Shown: positions 8,667 through 19,700, counted from the first letter of the stretch. The stretch: DNA of 28,925 nucleotides from Candidatus Hodarchaeota archaeon (GCA_029856365.1 JAHQWW010000036.1:1-28925); one strand, 5' to 3'. The notes: generated from the sequence alone by a model not told the origin. Made by a program: numbers and translations.

Positions 8667-9278
8667 CTACAGATTGGTCAGAAATCCAGATGAATTAATC
8701 CCGTGTTCTCGCTGTAAGATATAACGATCATGGTCAAAAAATGTAACAAGAATTCGGTTGGGGTCTCGTGATTTTTCAAATAGGAAATGCCAATCTAAGT
8801 ATTGGAGAGTAAGACTTTGAAGGAAAGGACGAACAGTATTATCAAAACTACGTGCTTGATTTGTTAAAATAACAGGAAAATTAACTCTTCGTGAAATACT
8901 CTTAATTTGCGCTAAAATATATGAGTTGAGATGAATACTATCTTCATTTTTAAGATTAGTGTGTCTAAAAACATCATCAATAAATAGAATAGAATCTTGT
9001 GAATGGAGTTGTATATTGAGATCATCAAATAATAGAGCTTCTTCTTTAAGTGTTTTCGGCTGAAAAACAATCATATTTTGTAATAGATGTTTAATCGATT
9101 TAAGTCGTACAATCGGGAAATTACCACCAGTATCAATTAGATAAATAGGATTACATCCTTCTTCTAACTTTTTACGAATAATTTGAATTAAAAACGTTGT
9201 TTTATAAGTTCCAGGAAGACCATACAATTGAACAGCGATATTTTGTTTTTGCAAAAGGGAAAAGAGTGGAGCTTCCAT
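8667..9278 (-). CDS. RecA-superfamily ATPase, RadB/Rad51-paralog-like (no N-terminal domain)
   Basis: Walker A YGLPGTYKT, LIDTGGNF, Walker B LFIDD, VILTNQ. 203 aa. Confidence 0.75.
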   Translation of the reverse strand: MEAPLFSLLQKQNIAVQLYGLPGTYKTTFLIQIIRKKLEEGCNPIYLIDTGGNFPIVRLKSIKHLLQNMIVFQPKTLKEEALLFDDLNIQLHSQDSILFIDDVFRHTNLKNEDSIHLNSYILAQIKSISRRVNFPVILTNQARSFDNTVRPFLQSLTLQYLDWHFLFEKSRDPNRILVTFFDHDRYILQREHGINSSGFLTNL

Positions 9279-9422
9279 TGTTTGGACTTCTTTCTTTGTT
9301 GTTTATATTCCCTAAGAAGTAATTTAAAAAAATTAATTGAGTTCACATATAATAATCTGTGAAAGATCTATTTTTATCTTTGATGAAAAAAGGAGTAATA
9401 AGTTATTTCACTGATATCAGGG

Positions 9423-10244
9423 TTGGTTTTGCCAGTAAATTATCGAATTGCCATTCAAACAGATGATATGCGATTTTATCACAAAATATCGAAGTTATTC
9501 AAAGATTCCCCTTTAATAGCCAATTTTTTCGCACTTAATCAGTCAATTCCTTCTCAAAAGTATGATCTAATTATCACAACACAAGAGTCGATGAATCATA
9601 TAAATGATTCTCCAATTCTCCAACTCAGGTTCGAACAGATTCAACCACATCTTGTTACAAATATAATTGGAATTATTGTAAGAAAAAAAGAACCAAGGTT
9701 CAGACTATTAATCGTGGGAGTTGATCCTGGTAAACATATAGGACTGGCAGCAATTTGTGATGGAATGATTTTAGCTGCAGAAAGAAGTAGATTACTTCAA
9801 TTAACTAATAAAATAGAGGAATATTTAATCCTATTTCCTAGTGAAAAGGTGGTTATTCGTATCGGTGACCAACCTACTTCTATATCAAAAGTAGTGTTCA
9901 ACAAACTTTTTACCGTTTTTGGGAATCAAGAAAGTATTAAACTCGAGATAGTACAAGAAGCGTATTCAAGCTCCAAAAAAATACCACCAGATGTATCATT
10001 TGGTCCTGATGAAACAGCTGCAATTACTATAGCTCATCGTTCTGGAAAAACAAAAAAACACCTGGTAAGAAGCATGATTCCCAAAGGTAGAATAAAGGAA
10101 ATCAAAAAATGGAGTCGAAATTTATCAAATAATCGGATCACTTTAGATACAGAACTAGCACAATCTGTAGCATTAGGAGATATATCCATAGAAGAAGCAA
10201 TAAAGCAAAAAGAAAGGCAATTAGAGGCCAAAAAAAATGACTAG
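9423..10244 (+). CDS. Hypothetical protein with a YqgF/RNase H-like central domain
   Basis: IVGVDPGKHIGLAA strand-loop motif, RIGD, E..SS and D..AA..IA elements typical of the RNase H-like fold. Overlaps the nadM start. Confidence 0.6.
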   Translation: MVLPVNYRIAIQTDDMRFYHKISKLFKDSPLIANFFALNQSIPSQKYDLIITTQESMNHINDSPILQLRFEQIQPHLVTNIIGIIVRKKEPRFRLLIVGVDPGKHIGLAAICDGMILAAERSRLLQLTNKIEEYLILFPSEKVVIRIGDQPTSISKVVFNKLFTVFGNQESIKLEIVQEAYSSSKKIPPDVSFGPDETAAITIAHRSGKTKKHLVRSMIPKGRIKEIKKWSRNLSNNRITLDTELAQSVALGDISIEEAIKQKERQLEAKKND

Positions 10245-10761
10245 AGAACGAGGACTTTTTGTTGGAAGGTTTAATCCATTCCACAAGGGTCATCTGAAAG
10301 CTGTTCAGCATATCCTAGAACAGGAAGAAGAAATAATAATTGCAATCGGTAGTACTCAGCAGTCTCATACTGTTTCTGATCCGTTCACCGCTGGTGAAAG
10401 ATTATTGATGATTCGAGCAGCAATAACAGAAGTAGATATTCAATTGGAGCGTGTTTACATGGTTACCATTCCAGACATACATCGAAATTCTGTGTGGGTG
10501 AGTCATTTATGCAGCTACTGTCCTCCCTTTACTCGAGTGTATACGAATAACAGTCTTACTCGTCGTCTGTTCATGGAAGCAGGAATGGAGGTAAGACCTA
10601 CTGGTCCTTTTAACCGTGTTGATTATAAAGGTGCTCAAATTCGGAAACATATGGTCGAAGGAACCGAATGGCATCATATGGTTCCAAGAGCAGTTTGGGA
10701 TGTTATCGAATCTATAGATGGATTAAACCGTTTACAGGATATTATTCATGAATTAGACTAA
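10237..10761 (+). CDS. nadM: Nicotinamide-nucleotide adenylyltransferase
   Basis: GRFNPFHKGH (HxGH), IGSTQQSH, PFTAGER, WVSH. Confidence 0.93.
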   Translation: MTRERGLFVGRFNPFHKGHLKAVQHILEQEEEIIIAIGSTQQSHTVSDPFTAGERLLMIRAAITEVDIQLERVYMVTIPDIHRNSVWVSHLCSYCPPFTRVYTNNSLTRRLFMEAGMEVRPTGPFNRVDYKGAQIRKHMVEGTEWHHMVPRAVWDVIESIDGLNRLQDIIHELD

Positions 10762-10802
10762 AATCGTTTTCTAGCGTTATTCTAAGTCAAGGATATCTGT
10801 TT

Positions 10803-11906
10803 ATGCCATCTACAAACCCTTTTCGTTCTATTATTCCTGTCCCTAGAGCAGATAAGCTATTTTTGATGGCACACAACAATGTTATGAAGACTTCAATCAG
10901 AGGAACATCCGAAAGTGTTCCTCCATTGCAAAGAATTCGAAAAAAAGAGGCCACGCGTATTGAATTATTATCCAAGGAATTACGAAATCGATTATTCCGA
11001 ATTGTAGAAGACTTTCCTCGCATGGATGCCGAGATTATTACTGGGTTCTACGTAGAAATCTTAGATCTTAGTTTCGGATTAGATAAAATACGAAAAACCT
11101 TAGGATCTTTCTCTGGTGCCGCTGATGTTGTTTGGAAGATCAAACGTGAGCATCTTGGGGCTGTTTGGAACGCGAGATCAGTTTTAGCCGCTAAAACCAT
11201 ACGTAGAGCAGCTTTTGGTCGAATGAAATCCGTTATCATTAAATTAGATGCTAGATTAGAATTTATAGAAGGCGTAAGAGCCCGTATGCGTGGAATGCCT
11301 GGAATTGATTTAGATCAGCCAACAATATGTATTGCAGGATATCCAAATGTTGGAAAAAGCTCTTTAGTGAATGCAGTAACATCTGCAACACCTGAAATAG
11401 GAGCATACCCTTTTACTACTAAGGAAGTAACCCTAGGTCATTTGAAAATCCCTATCTTTGTATCATCTATATCAGAACGACCAATTAGTCATATTTCGTG
11501 CCAAATTGTTGATACCCCAGGAATTTTAGATAGATCATTAACTGAAATGAAAGAGATTGAATTACGAGCCATTGCGGCATTAAAAACCTTAGCAACAGCC
11601 ATAGTCTTCATTTTTGATTTCACCCAAGAAACTTCTATTACTTCCCAAATAAATCTCTTAGATCAGATTTCTCAGAATTTTCGAGAGGTTCCTCTTCTTC
11701 TAATTTGTGGGAAAGAAGATTTACTTAATGAAAGTCAAAAAAAGCAACTTCAAGCATTCTGGGAACAGAATTTTCCACAAAAAGTCTTACACTTACTGTC
11801 AATGAACAATAAAGAGGAAATTAGGCAGCTTCTAATCGTTTTTTTTGAAGAGAATAGGACACAAATTCAACAGATCATGAAGAAAAGAAAAATTGGAGAA
11901 ATCTAA
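10803..11906 (+). CDS. Nog1-family (OBG-like) GTP-binding protein
   Basis: N-terminal helical NOG1 region, G1 GYPNVGKSS, G2 YPFTT, G3 DTPGILDR, G4 variant GKED. Confidence 0.9.
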   Translation: MPSTNPFRSIIPVPRADKLFLMAHNNVMKTSIRGTSESVPPLQRIRKKEATRIELLSKELRNRLFRIVEDFPRMDAEIITGFYVEILDLSFGLDKIRKTLGSFSGAADVVWKIKREHLGAVWNARSVLAAKTIRRAAFGRMKSVIIKLDARLEFIEGVRARMRGMPGIDLDQPTICIAGYPNVGKSSLVNAVTSATPEIGAYPFTTKEVTLGHLKIPIFVSSISERPISHISCQIVDTPGILDRSLTEMKEIELRAIAALKTLATAIVFIFDFTQETSITSQINLLDQISQNFREVPLLLICGKEDLLNESQKKQLQAFWEQNFPQKVLHLLSMNNKEEIRQLLIVFFEENRTQIQQIMKKRKIGEI

Positions 11907-12742
11907 TGCAGAAGTACGCAATTTGTTTAGGTTATTTACCTATATTGAACTATTCAGGATTCAGTGATCAATTGCATGATCCTCAGAATATATTTACGCT
12001 TGTAATTTCAGCATTAAAAAATGCACGACTAATTGATCCCACTCTTACTTCAAAAATACGTTTTGCTAGTCGTACTGATCGTGGAGTAGGAGCATTAAGC
12101 CAGATTATATCGTTAAATTCCAAACAAGTTCCCATACTGACTGAGATTAACTCATATCTACCTGAATCGATTCGAGCTTTAGGAATTGCTAGTGTATCTT
12201 CTGATTTTCAACCCAGACGAGATGCTATTTTACGTACATATTCCTACTTCTTGACTACTAGTAAAGATTTTGATTATCCTCTTGCCCGTAAAACTCTAGC
12301 AATGTTGATGGGAAAACACGATTTTCGTAATTTTGCGAAACAAGATAATAAGAAAGAAAAAGGAACATTTAAAACAATTGAAGTTGCTGAAATCTTACCA
12401 CTAGGTAATTGTACCTATCAAATTCGAATATCAAGCAAGTCATTTCTTTGGCAAATGGTCCGGAGAATTATTGGTCACTTAATTGAATTAAATAATGGCA
12501 GATGTGATTCAGAATATACCAATCATCTTCTAGCCTCAAAGATTGTTAAGTTTAAACCTAACGCTGCTCCATCTGAGAATCTAGTGTTGGAAAGTGTCCA
12601 TTATAAGGATGTACAGTTTCAATATGATCAAAAAAGTCTTCTAACATTTCAAAATACATTAACAGAGCAATTAATGACATTTAAAGCAAAAACAGCTCTT
12701 TTTAATTTTATTACTACTCATGTACAAGAAAAAATGAGTTGA
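11906..12742 (+). CDS. truA: tRNA pseudouridine(38-40) synthase
   Basis: ASRTDRGV catalytic motif, RTYSY, GKHDFRNF, SFLWQMVRRI. Confidence 0.9.
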   Translation: MQKYAICLGYLPILNYSGFSDQLHDPQNIFTLVISALKNARLIDPTLTSKIRFASRTDRGVGALSQIISLNSKQVPILTEINSYLPESIRALGIASVSSDFQPRRDAILRTYSYFLTTSKDFDYPLARKTLAMLMGKHDFRNFAKQDNKKEKGTFKTIEVAEILPLGNCTYQIRISSKSFLWQMVRRIIGHLIELNNGRCDSEYTNHLLASKIVKFKPNAAPSENLVLESVHYKDVQFQYDQKSLLTFQNTLTEQLMTFKAKTALFNFITTHVQEKMS

Positions 12743-12748
12743 GGTGGG

Positions 12749-12776
12749 TTCATGAGCGTTGATACACGTTCATGAA
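12749..12776 (+). terminator. Hairpin between convergent truA and ahcY (possible terminator or 3'-end stabiliser)
   Basis: TTCATGAGCGT-TGATAC-ACGTTCATGAA, an 11-bp stem with one G-U, 6 nt after the truA stop. Confidence 0.35.
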
Positions 12777-12863
12777 AATGAATTTTTAGTAATTAATCCT
12801 TTTCATCTTTTCCATTTCAGTATGCTAACTTCAAATATAAAAATAAGAAATAGAAATGGAGTA

Positions 12864-14207
12864 TTAAGTCCCTACGCGCCAACTAGAAAGATATTTTTCC
12901 TGTTCTGGTGTTAAAACTTCAAGATTGATACCAATTGCCTCACATTTCAAATATGCCACATTACTATCAATATCATCAGGGATTTGAATGACATTCCCAC
13001 CAATATTTTTGAGCTGCTCTTTATTCTCTACGATATATTCTGTAGCAAGAGCCTGAAGGGCAAAGCTCGTATCCATAATTTCAGGACTATGTCCTTCCGC
13101 TGCTGCAAGATTGATGAGTCTACCTTCACCAAGTAGATTTATTTTTTTTCCATCTTTGAGGGTATATTGATCGACAAATGGACGGATTCGCACTTTATCA
13201 ACAGCTAGTGATTCTAAATCTGGAATATTAATTTCCACATTGAAGTGACCAGTGTTACTTAGGTTACAATTGGTCTTCATCACTTCAAAATGTTCTTTTC
13301 GAACAACATCCTTACACCCCGTAGCTGTGATAATAATATCAGCAATCTTTGCCGCTTCGATCATGGGCATTACTTCCATGCCTTCCATGACAGCTTGAAG
13401 GGCAGCATGTGGTTCAATTTCTGTGATGATAACCCGTCTTGCCCCCATGCCTTTAGCACGCATTGCAACCCCTTTTCCACAATGGCCATACCCAGCAATC
13501 ACGAATACTTTGGAAGCAATTAGATCTGCTGTTGCTCTTAAAATACCATCAATACTGGATTGACCTGTGCCATAAACATTATCAAATAGATTTTTACTTG
13601 GGGAAGAGTTGGTCGCCATGATAGGATATAACAAAGCTCCATCATCTGCCATAGCCTGAAGTCTAATGATTCCTGTAGTTGTTTCTTCTGCTCCGCCCCA
13701 TACTCCATCAATAATATCAGTATCGTCGCCAAGGACTTTCTTGACGATTTCAATTTCTTCATCAGTTTCCCCACGCTTTAATTTATGAAGAATTGAGACT
13801 AGATCTGCTCCATCATCAATTGTAATGTGTGGTTGAGATTTAATGACATTGGCAATAGCTCGATAGTAACCTTCCGTGTCCATAAATTTCCAAGCATACA
13901 CGTTGACTCCTTTTGAAACAAGTGCAGCAGTGATCTCATCCTGAGATGATAACGGATTTGATGCACAGAGATAAACTTCTGCTCCACCTGCTAGCCATGC
14001 TTCACATAATTGTGATGTTTCTTTTGTAACATGAAGACATGCTCCGATCCGTACCCCTTTAAAAGGTTTTTCATCTTCAAATCGCTTTTTAATGAGCTGA
14101 AGAACTGGCATTCGACTTGCTGCCCATTCCATGGTTCTTAATCCTTCTTCTTTTAAGGAAAGATCTTTGATTTCATAATTTTCTCTTTTTTCGGTTTCAA
14201 TCGTCAA
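12864..14207 (-). CDS. ahcY: S-adenosyl-L-homocysteine hydrolase
   Basis: ACLHVT, SNPLSSQD, IDDGAD, EETTTG, FDNVYGTGQS, GYGHCGKG, GHFNVEI, EGRLINLAAAEGH. TTG start after GGTGA. Confidence 0.97.
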   Translation of the reverse strand: MTIETEKRENYEIKDLSLKEEGLRTMEWAASRMPVLQLIKKRFEDEKPFKGVRIGACLHVTKETSQLCEAWLAGGAEVYLCASNPLSSQDEITAALVSKGVNVYAWKFMDTEGYYRAIANVIKSQPHITIDDGADLVSILHKLKRGETDEEIEIVKKVLGDDTDIIDGVWGGAEETTTGIIRLQAMADDGALLYPIMATNSSPSKNLFDNVYGTGQSSIDGILRATADLIASKVFVIAGYGHCGKGVAMRAKGMGARRVIITEIEPHAALQAVMEGMEVMPMIEAAKIADIIITATGCKDVVRKEHFEVMKTNCNLSNTGHFNVEINIPDLESLAVDKVRIRPFVDQYTLKDGKKINLLGEGRLINLAAAEGHSPEIMDTSFALQALATEYIVENKEQLKNIGGNVIQIPDDIDSNVAYLKCEAIGINLEVLTPEQEKYLSSWRVGT

Positions 14208-14353
14208 AAAAAATCACCAAAAATAATTTGTGTATTGTGTTATACTTCGGTTAAGAGAATTAAATTTTAAGTATAATAGCTCAGTGAAGCTAATATTGAT
14301 ATTAAACAAGATCATAATATATAAAATACTAGATTTTTGATACCAATTTTTAT

Positions 14354-15274
14354 ATGCAGAATAACAATGACTACAAATTGAATGAGAGGATCCTTTGTAG
14401 ATTAAGTTTTAGGAAAAATCCCTCCCTTCGAGGGGCTGCGGAAGAGATTGGGATTTCTTCTTCCAAATTACGAAAAAAAGTAGCCAAAATGCGAAAAGAG
14501 AAGATTATCCTGTCATGGTGTTTAGTAATAAACCCAATGTCAATGCAGGAACAGAAAATTTTCTTCTTTTTATTAAAAACAAACCCAAATGAACCTAAAG
14601 TAGTTACAAAATTATTAGAAAATTATGATTTGAGTAAATTAAGTCATCTTGAGGGAATTACTGGAGAATATTCATTAATTGGCAAATTTCATTTTCCCAA
14701 TGCTTCAGAATTTTTATTTTCATTAGATCATTTATATAAGCTAGTAGGTGAAACAGGTTTCAAAAAATATCAGTTACTTGAAGTTATTAAGGTATATAAA
14801 GAGCAGGGAATTCCCTGTCCAGAGACTAGTAAACAGCTAAAGTCCTACGAAGTAAAGAGATTAAAAAAAATTCAGTTTTTTTGCCATAAAACAGAATTCC
14901 CTCCATCAACTTATCAAATAGCAAAAAAATTGGGGGTCAGTCAACCTGTTATTTACCGTCAATTGAAGAATTGGAAAGAGGAAAAAGTAATTTTAGGCTA
15001 TTCTTTGCACTCATCATTTTGGAAAAATAATTATTTACACTCCTATATCCAAATTAAAGCACCGTTAGGAGAGTATCAGTCTCTAATTAATTTTTGTCTA
15101 CAAAATAAACGCGTAATAAATATCTATCGTACAAATCAAGAATATTCTCTTCTGTTAAAAACCCGCCATCCAAACTTGGCCGATTTAAATAATTTTCTAA
15201 AAACAACTTACCAACAGGCTGAAGTGGAGGATACTCTGACGAGAATTGTCTTGGATCTCTTGAGAGAAAGTTAA
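14354..15274 (+). CDS. Tandem-duplicated Lrp/AsnC-family transcriptional regulator
   Basis: Two HTH segments (SLRGAAEEIGISSSKLRKKV; STYQIAKKLGVSQPVIYRQL), each followed by a RAM-like domain (ITGEYSL; TNQEYSL). Confidence 0.8.
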   Translation: MQNNNDYKLNERILCRLSFRKNPSLRGAAEEIGISSSKLRKKVAKMRKEKIILSWCLVINPMSMQEQKIFFFLLKTNPNEPKVVTKLLENYDLSKLSHLEGITGEYSLIGKFHFPNASEFLFSLDHLYKLVGETGFKKYQLLEVIKVYKEQGIPCPETSKQLKSYEVKRLKKIQFFCHKTEFPPSTYQIAKKLGVSQPVIYRQLKNWKEEKVILGYSLHSSFWKNNYLHSYIQIKAPLGEYQSLINFCLQNKRVINIYRTNQEYSLLLKTRHPNLADLNNFLKTTYQQAEVEDTLTRIVLDLLRES

Positions 15275-15308
15275 AAGTGAAACCAGAAACAAATAATCAA
15301 TCTGAATT

Positions 15309-16046
15309 TTATTTACTTGTTTCTTTCAAATATAAGGGGCCAAATGTCGTGTAAAGGATGGCGATGAAAAGAATAGCACTAAGGGTGAGATAATAAGGGA
15401 AAAACACGAAAATTAGAACGACTACTCCAGTAATACCAATTGCTACCATATCGGGCTTTTTACCTCGCTTTGGAGTCGGATATTTAATAGTTAATATCAT
15501 TAAAAAACCAGTAGTAATAGTTATCAATGTGAGGGGGATTCCATTTGACCAAAAAAACCATGACATTTCAGAAAGATTTGCAAGAACAGCACTAGATCCA
15601 ACTAATAGTGCTGCAGCAGGGGAAGGAAGGCCATCAAAATGAATTTCTGTAGGATGAGTTGCAAAACGTATTAATCGTGCCCATCCGCAAAAAGAATAGA
15701 ATCCTGCAACTATTAAAGCTAAAATCGAGCTATAGTCAGTAATTTCATTTCCTATAAGCGGTGAATTAAGTAACATAATACCAGGAAGAATAGCGAAAGT
15801 AATGATATCTCCTATTGAATCAGAGTAAGCTCCTAGTGTAGAGCTTATTGGCGCCCTTTTTGCGACTTTTCCATCAAGATAGTCAAATATTGCTCCAAAA
15901 ATCAATAGTTGCATTGCGAGGTAAGGAAGGTAGTTAGAAAAATATATAGACACTATAACTCCAATAAAACCACATAGACCATTTAAAGCTGTAAATAAGA
16001 ATGCTAGAAGTGTATATTTATTGACTAGTGACAAATCTCGCACCAT
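15309..16046 (-). CDS. pssA: CDP-alcohol phosphatidyltransferase, archaetidylserine/phosphatidylserine synthase
   Basis: DYLDGKVAK...GAYSDSIGDIITF motif, RLIRF, FDGLPSPAAA. Multiple TM segments. Adjacent to psd. Confidence 0.88.
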   Translation of the reverse strand: MVRDLSLVNKYTLLAFLFTALNGLCGFIGVIVSIYFSNYLPYLAMQLLIFGAIFDYLDGKVAKRAPISSTLGAYSDSIGDIITFAILPGIMLLNSPLIGNEITDYSSILALIVAGFYSFCGWARLIRFATHPTEIHFDGLPSPAAALLVGSSAVLANLSEMSWFFWSNGIPLTLITITTGFLMILTIKYPTPKRGKKPDMVAIGITGVVVLIFVFFPYYLTLSAILFIAILYTTFGPLYLKETSK

Positions 16047-16058
16047 GAAGAAGAGCTA

Positions 16059-16703
16059 TTAGGTTAAATCTTTCAATCTTGCTATCGGTGATTGTCCTGC
16101 GATCACTTTACTCTTTTTCTGAACTAAAATTTCAAATTTTTTGGGGGGGAAATGAACATCGACCTCACTTCCATAATAAATCATTCCAAGTCGTTCACCT
16201 TGCTGAATTTGATCACCAAGTGAAAGATAACTTGTACAACGCCGAGCAACGATTCCAACAATTTGAACAACAAGAAATTCTCCTATTGAATTAACAATTT
16301 GAATTGTTTGACGCGCATTTTCATCTGTTCCTCGTCGAATAAATGAAACAAATGGCCAATGCTTTCCCTCTTGTTTATTAATGTCTGTAATGGTTCCCGA
16401 AACAGGATTTCGAGTGACATGGACATCGAAAAGAGACATACGAATCCTGATGATTCCTTTTGAGGTATCAATCTCGTAGATTTTTCCATCTGCAGGAGCT
16501 AAAATAGAATGGTGATCAAAGTTAATCTTGCGGTTGGGATCCCTAAAGAAGAAAAGATGTCCACATAATCCCAAGAACAAAATGGGTAGTAAAAATATCA
16601 AAGAAGGAAAAACTAGGCTATAAAACACTAAAACTAGGAAAAGTGTTATCAGTGCTAAGGTGACATTCTCATGTCCTGGAGCTATAGACACTATAGGAGC
16701 CAT
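16059..16703 (-). CDS. psd: Archaetidylserine/phosphatidylserine decarboxylase proenzyme
   Basis: FFFRDPNR, APADGKI, DVHVTRNPVSG, EN, and self-cleavage motif GMIYYGSEVD. Confidence 0.9.
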   Translation of the reverse strand: MAPIVSIAPGHENVTLALITLFLVLVFYSLVFPSLIFLLPILFLGLCGHLFFFRDPNRKINFDHHSILAPADGKIYEIDTSKGIIRIRMSLFDVHVTRNPVSGTITDINKQEGKHWPFVSFIRRGTDENARQTIQIVNSIGEFLVVQIVGIVARRCTSYLSLGDQIQQGERLGMIYYGSEVDVHFPPKKFEILVQKKSKVIAGQSPIARLKDLT

Positions 16704-16706
16704 GTA

Positions 16707-19700
16707 TCACGCAATCCCAAAATCACTTGGTTTCATCTCATTTTGAACAAAATTCAAACATTTTTTATATAATCCATTGAATTCCTCATCAAAAACCCAT
16801 TTTAGACTAGCAATATCAGCTAAAACGGGAAGAGAAGTCATTTTTTCAAGAGGAACTCCTGCTTTATGGTTTTCACGCATTTTATGATAAAATTGTATGA
16901 TTATGTGGAGCATTTTGTACTGCTTATCTAAAGCACAGTAAGAGTCTTCGGAATAAGCGTTTTGCTGGAGGAAATCTTCACGAATCATTTTAGCAGCCTG
17001 AAGAATGATTTTTTCTGATTCTGGTAATGCATCGGGGCCTATAAGTTGTACAATCTCTTGTAACTCTTTTTCTTTCTGAAGAAGTGCCATTGACTCCTCT
17101 CTGCGCATGTTAAAGTCTGATGCAATATTTTTATGATACCAATGTGCTAATGAATCGATATAAAGGCTATAACTCTCCAACCAAGAGATAGCGGGGAAGT
17201 GTCTGGAACGTGCTAATGGATAGCTTAATGCCCAAAAAACTCTTACTGTCTTCAGGGTATTTTGAGTCACTGGTTCAGAAAAATCTCCTCCTCCAGGAGA
17301 AACTGCTCCGACAGCGGAAATACTGGCTTTGTGACCAGAAAGTGTTTCAATTCTCCCAGCTCGCTCATAAAACTCGGCTATTCTGGATGCAAGATAAGCA
17401 GGATAACTTTCTTCTCCAGGCATTTCCTCCAAACGACCTGAAATTTCTCGAAGAGCTTCAGCCCAACGGCTTGTGGAATCGGCCATTAAAGCGACATCAT
17501 ACCCCATATCTCGATAATATTCTGCTATAGTAATCCCCAAATAAATAGACGCCTCACGTGCGGCAACAGGCATATTAGAAGTGTTTGCAATAAGAACAGT
17601 TCGTTGCATTAGCTTCTCACCAGAACGTGGGTCTTCTAGATCTGGGAAATCCTTTAAAACCTCAGCCATCTCGTTACCACGTTCTCCACACCCGACATAA
17701 ACAACTACAGTTGCATCAGACCATTTGGCTAATTGATGTTGAGACACAGTATTGTGTAATGTGAAAGGTAGTATTCCACCAACAAAATTATGTGTTATAT
17801 CAACAGTAAGATCATAAACAGGTTTTGTTTCTTCGATGAGTTCGATTGATATTATTTTGTCAAAATAAACTTCTTGTGAAAGGCGGATAACAGCATCAAG
17901 TGTTTTATTTGTTGGGATATTAATTTGATATTCCTCTAAAGTGCTTGAAATTTGTTGTAAGGTTGATAGTGTAGGAGTTTGCCCTTTCTTAGTGTAATTA
18001 CTCAATCGAATACCTTTACGCTGTCGAAGTACATCATAACCAGCATTTTCTTTGACTTCATGGTGTAATCGAACCAGAACTTGATTACCTATTGGTACAA
18101 CGTCGCGACCAACGAAATATTGTGTATTCTTTGCAGCATAAGAATAGAGCGGGATTAATTTGCTGTATTGATGAACCTCAGTAAATTTAAATATTCCTGC
18201 AAGGAGCTCAGCCTCTTTTCCGTCAAGGTAATAGATAAAAGAGTTTCCTTTTATCTTTACTTTATAAATCAGACCTAGACGTGTCAATAAATATCCTAAA
18301 TCACTAAAGAGGTTCTTACTAACAGTACTAAACTCGATTGTGTATCGATAAAAAGATCCATCTCCTGCAAAATATCCTGAAAGGAAATGTACTAATAAGT
18401 CATCTGAACCCCTTCGGATTGCTTGAGGTATCCTCACATTGTATGTTTTTTTCTCTTTTGGAATTCCGAGATAATAAAGGAATTTTTTAAGCGATTCGTT
18501 TCGAATACACGCGTAGGGAGTCTTTTCTGAATCGTCTTGACCGATTTCAACGTCTAAGTCAAATATAATTTCAGTTAAAATAGAAAATCGTTGAAGAATA
18601 TCATCATTATTATTATAAAGATAAATCCCTCCTTTTTTACCTTTTATATGACCATCAGCAACAAAAAGTCCAAACCATTCAGCTAATTCTTTTGTGAATG
18701 AATTGGGTATCTGAAATGGATCTGATTGACGTTCTGATTTTACAAGTTTTACAGGTATTAAGGGAGCTTTTGCTAATTTGGCAAGGTTCTTTAGGAAGTT
18801 CAACGTAGGTTTATTTCTAAGCAACCAATATCCAATGAAAACATCATAAGAAACATTTAATTTTACAGCTATTTGCTTTAAGGTCATTTTTTGCCTAAGG
18901 TGCTTGATTAGTCCTATCATTTTTTGCAATGCTTGCTGATCAATTACTCGTAAAGAGAGATCAACATCATAACAATTGAATTTTGTTTCCTCGCCCTCGA
19001 TACTTATCTTTCGAGGAACAATAAGATTGTCTCCAATTTTTAGATCTTTTGCTGCTGTTTCTTCAATGGATTCGCCATCGAATTTGAAGAGTTTATGGAT
19101 AGGAGTGATTTTAACAACCCTTCCACTTCTTGTTTTAATTTTCACAATAGCATTTGTACTTCCACGATAAACGTGAGTGGCTTTCTGCGAGCTGTATTTT
19201 GTTCCGTCAAATGATATCACTGATAAGGGTCTTATTAGATGAACTAATGTTTCAGTTTCTGAGTCTTCCTCGATTATGCCATTATTCTCCATATGATAAT
19301 CATATATATGCTTGATCGGGATACTATCACCCGATTCTAAAAGAACAGGCGTATCACCTGTTACACACTTCCCTGTCCCAAATCCTCCTGGTATAGCAGC
19401 CACACCCCCTTTAGCGATCGGGAAAAAAGTGTCGTATATACGTTGGCCTGTAATTAGTGGAATATTTGCTTCCAATTTTCTTTTAAATGGACGTGCGTTT
19501 CTAACAGGCCATGTTTGCTTCATTGTTATTGGTAATGCAAATGGGTATTGTCCTTCAGCATCAATTTGAGCAATTGTTTCTGATATTGAATATTTATCAG
19601 GAGCAGCGATATCAGTAACTTTTGCAATATTTATATCAGGAGGAATCATTATTTTGTGAGTTACCATTCTAGATTCTCGTACTTCTCCAATATGCGAACC

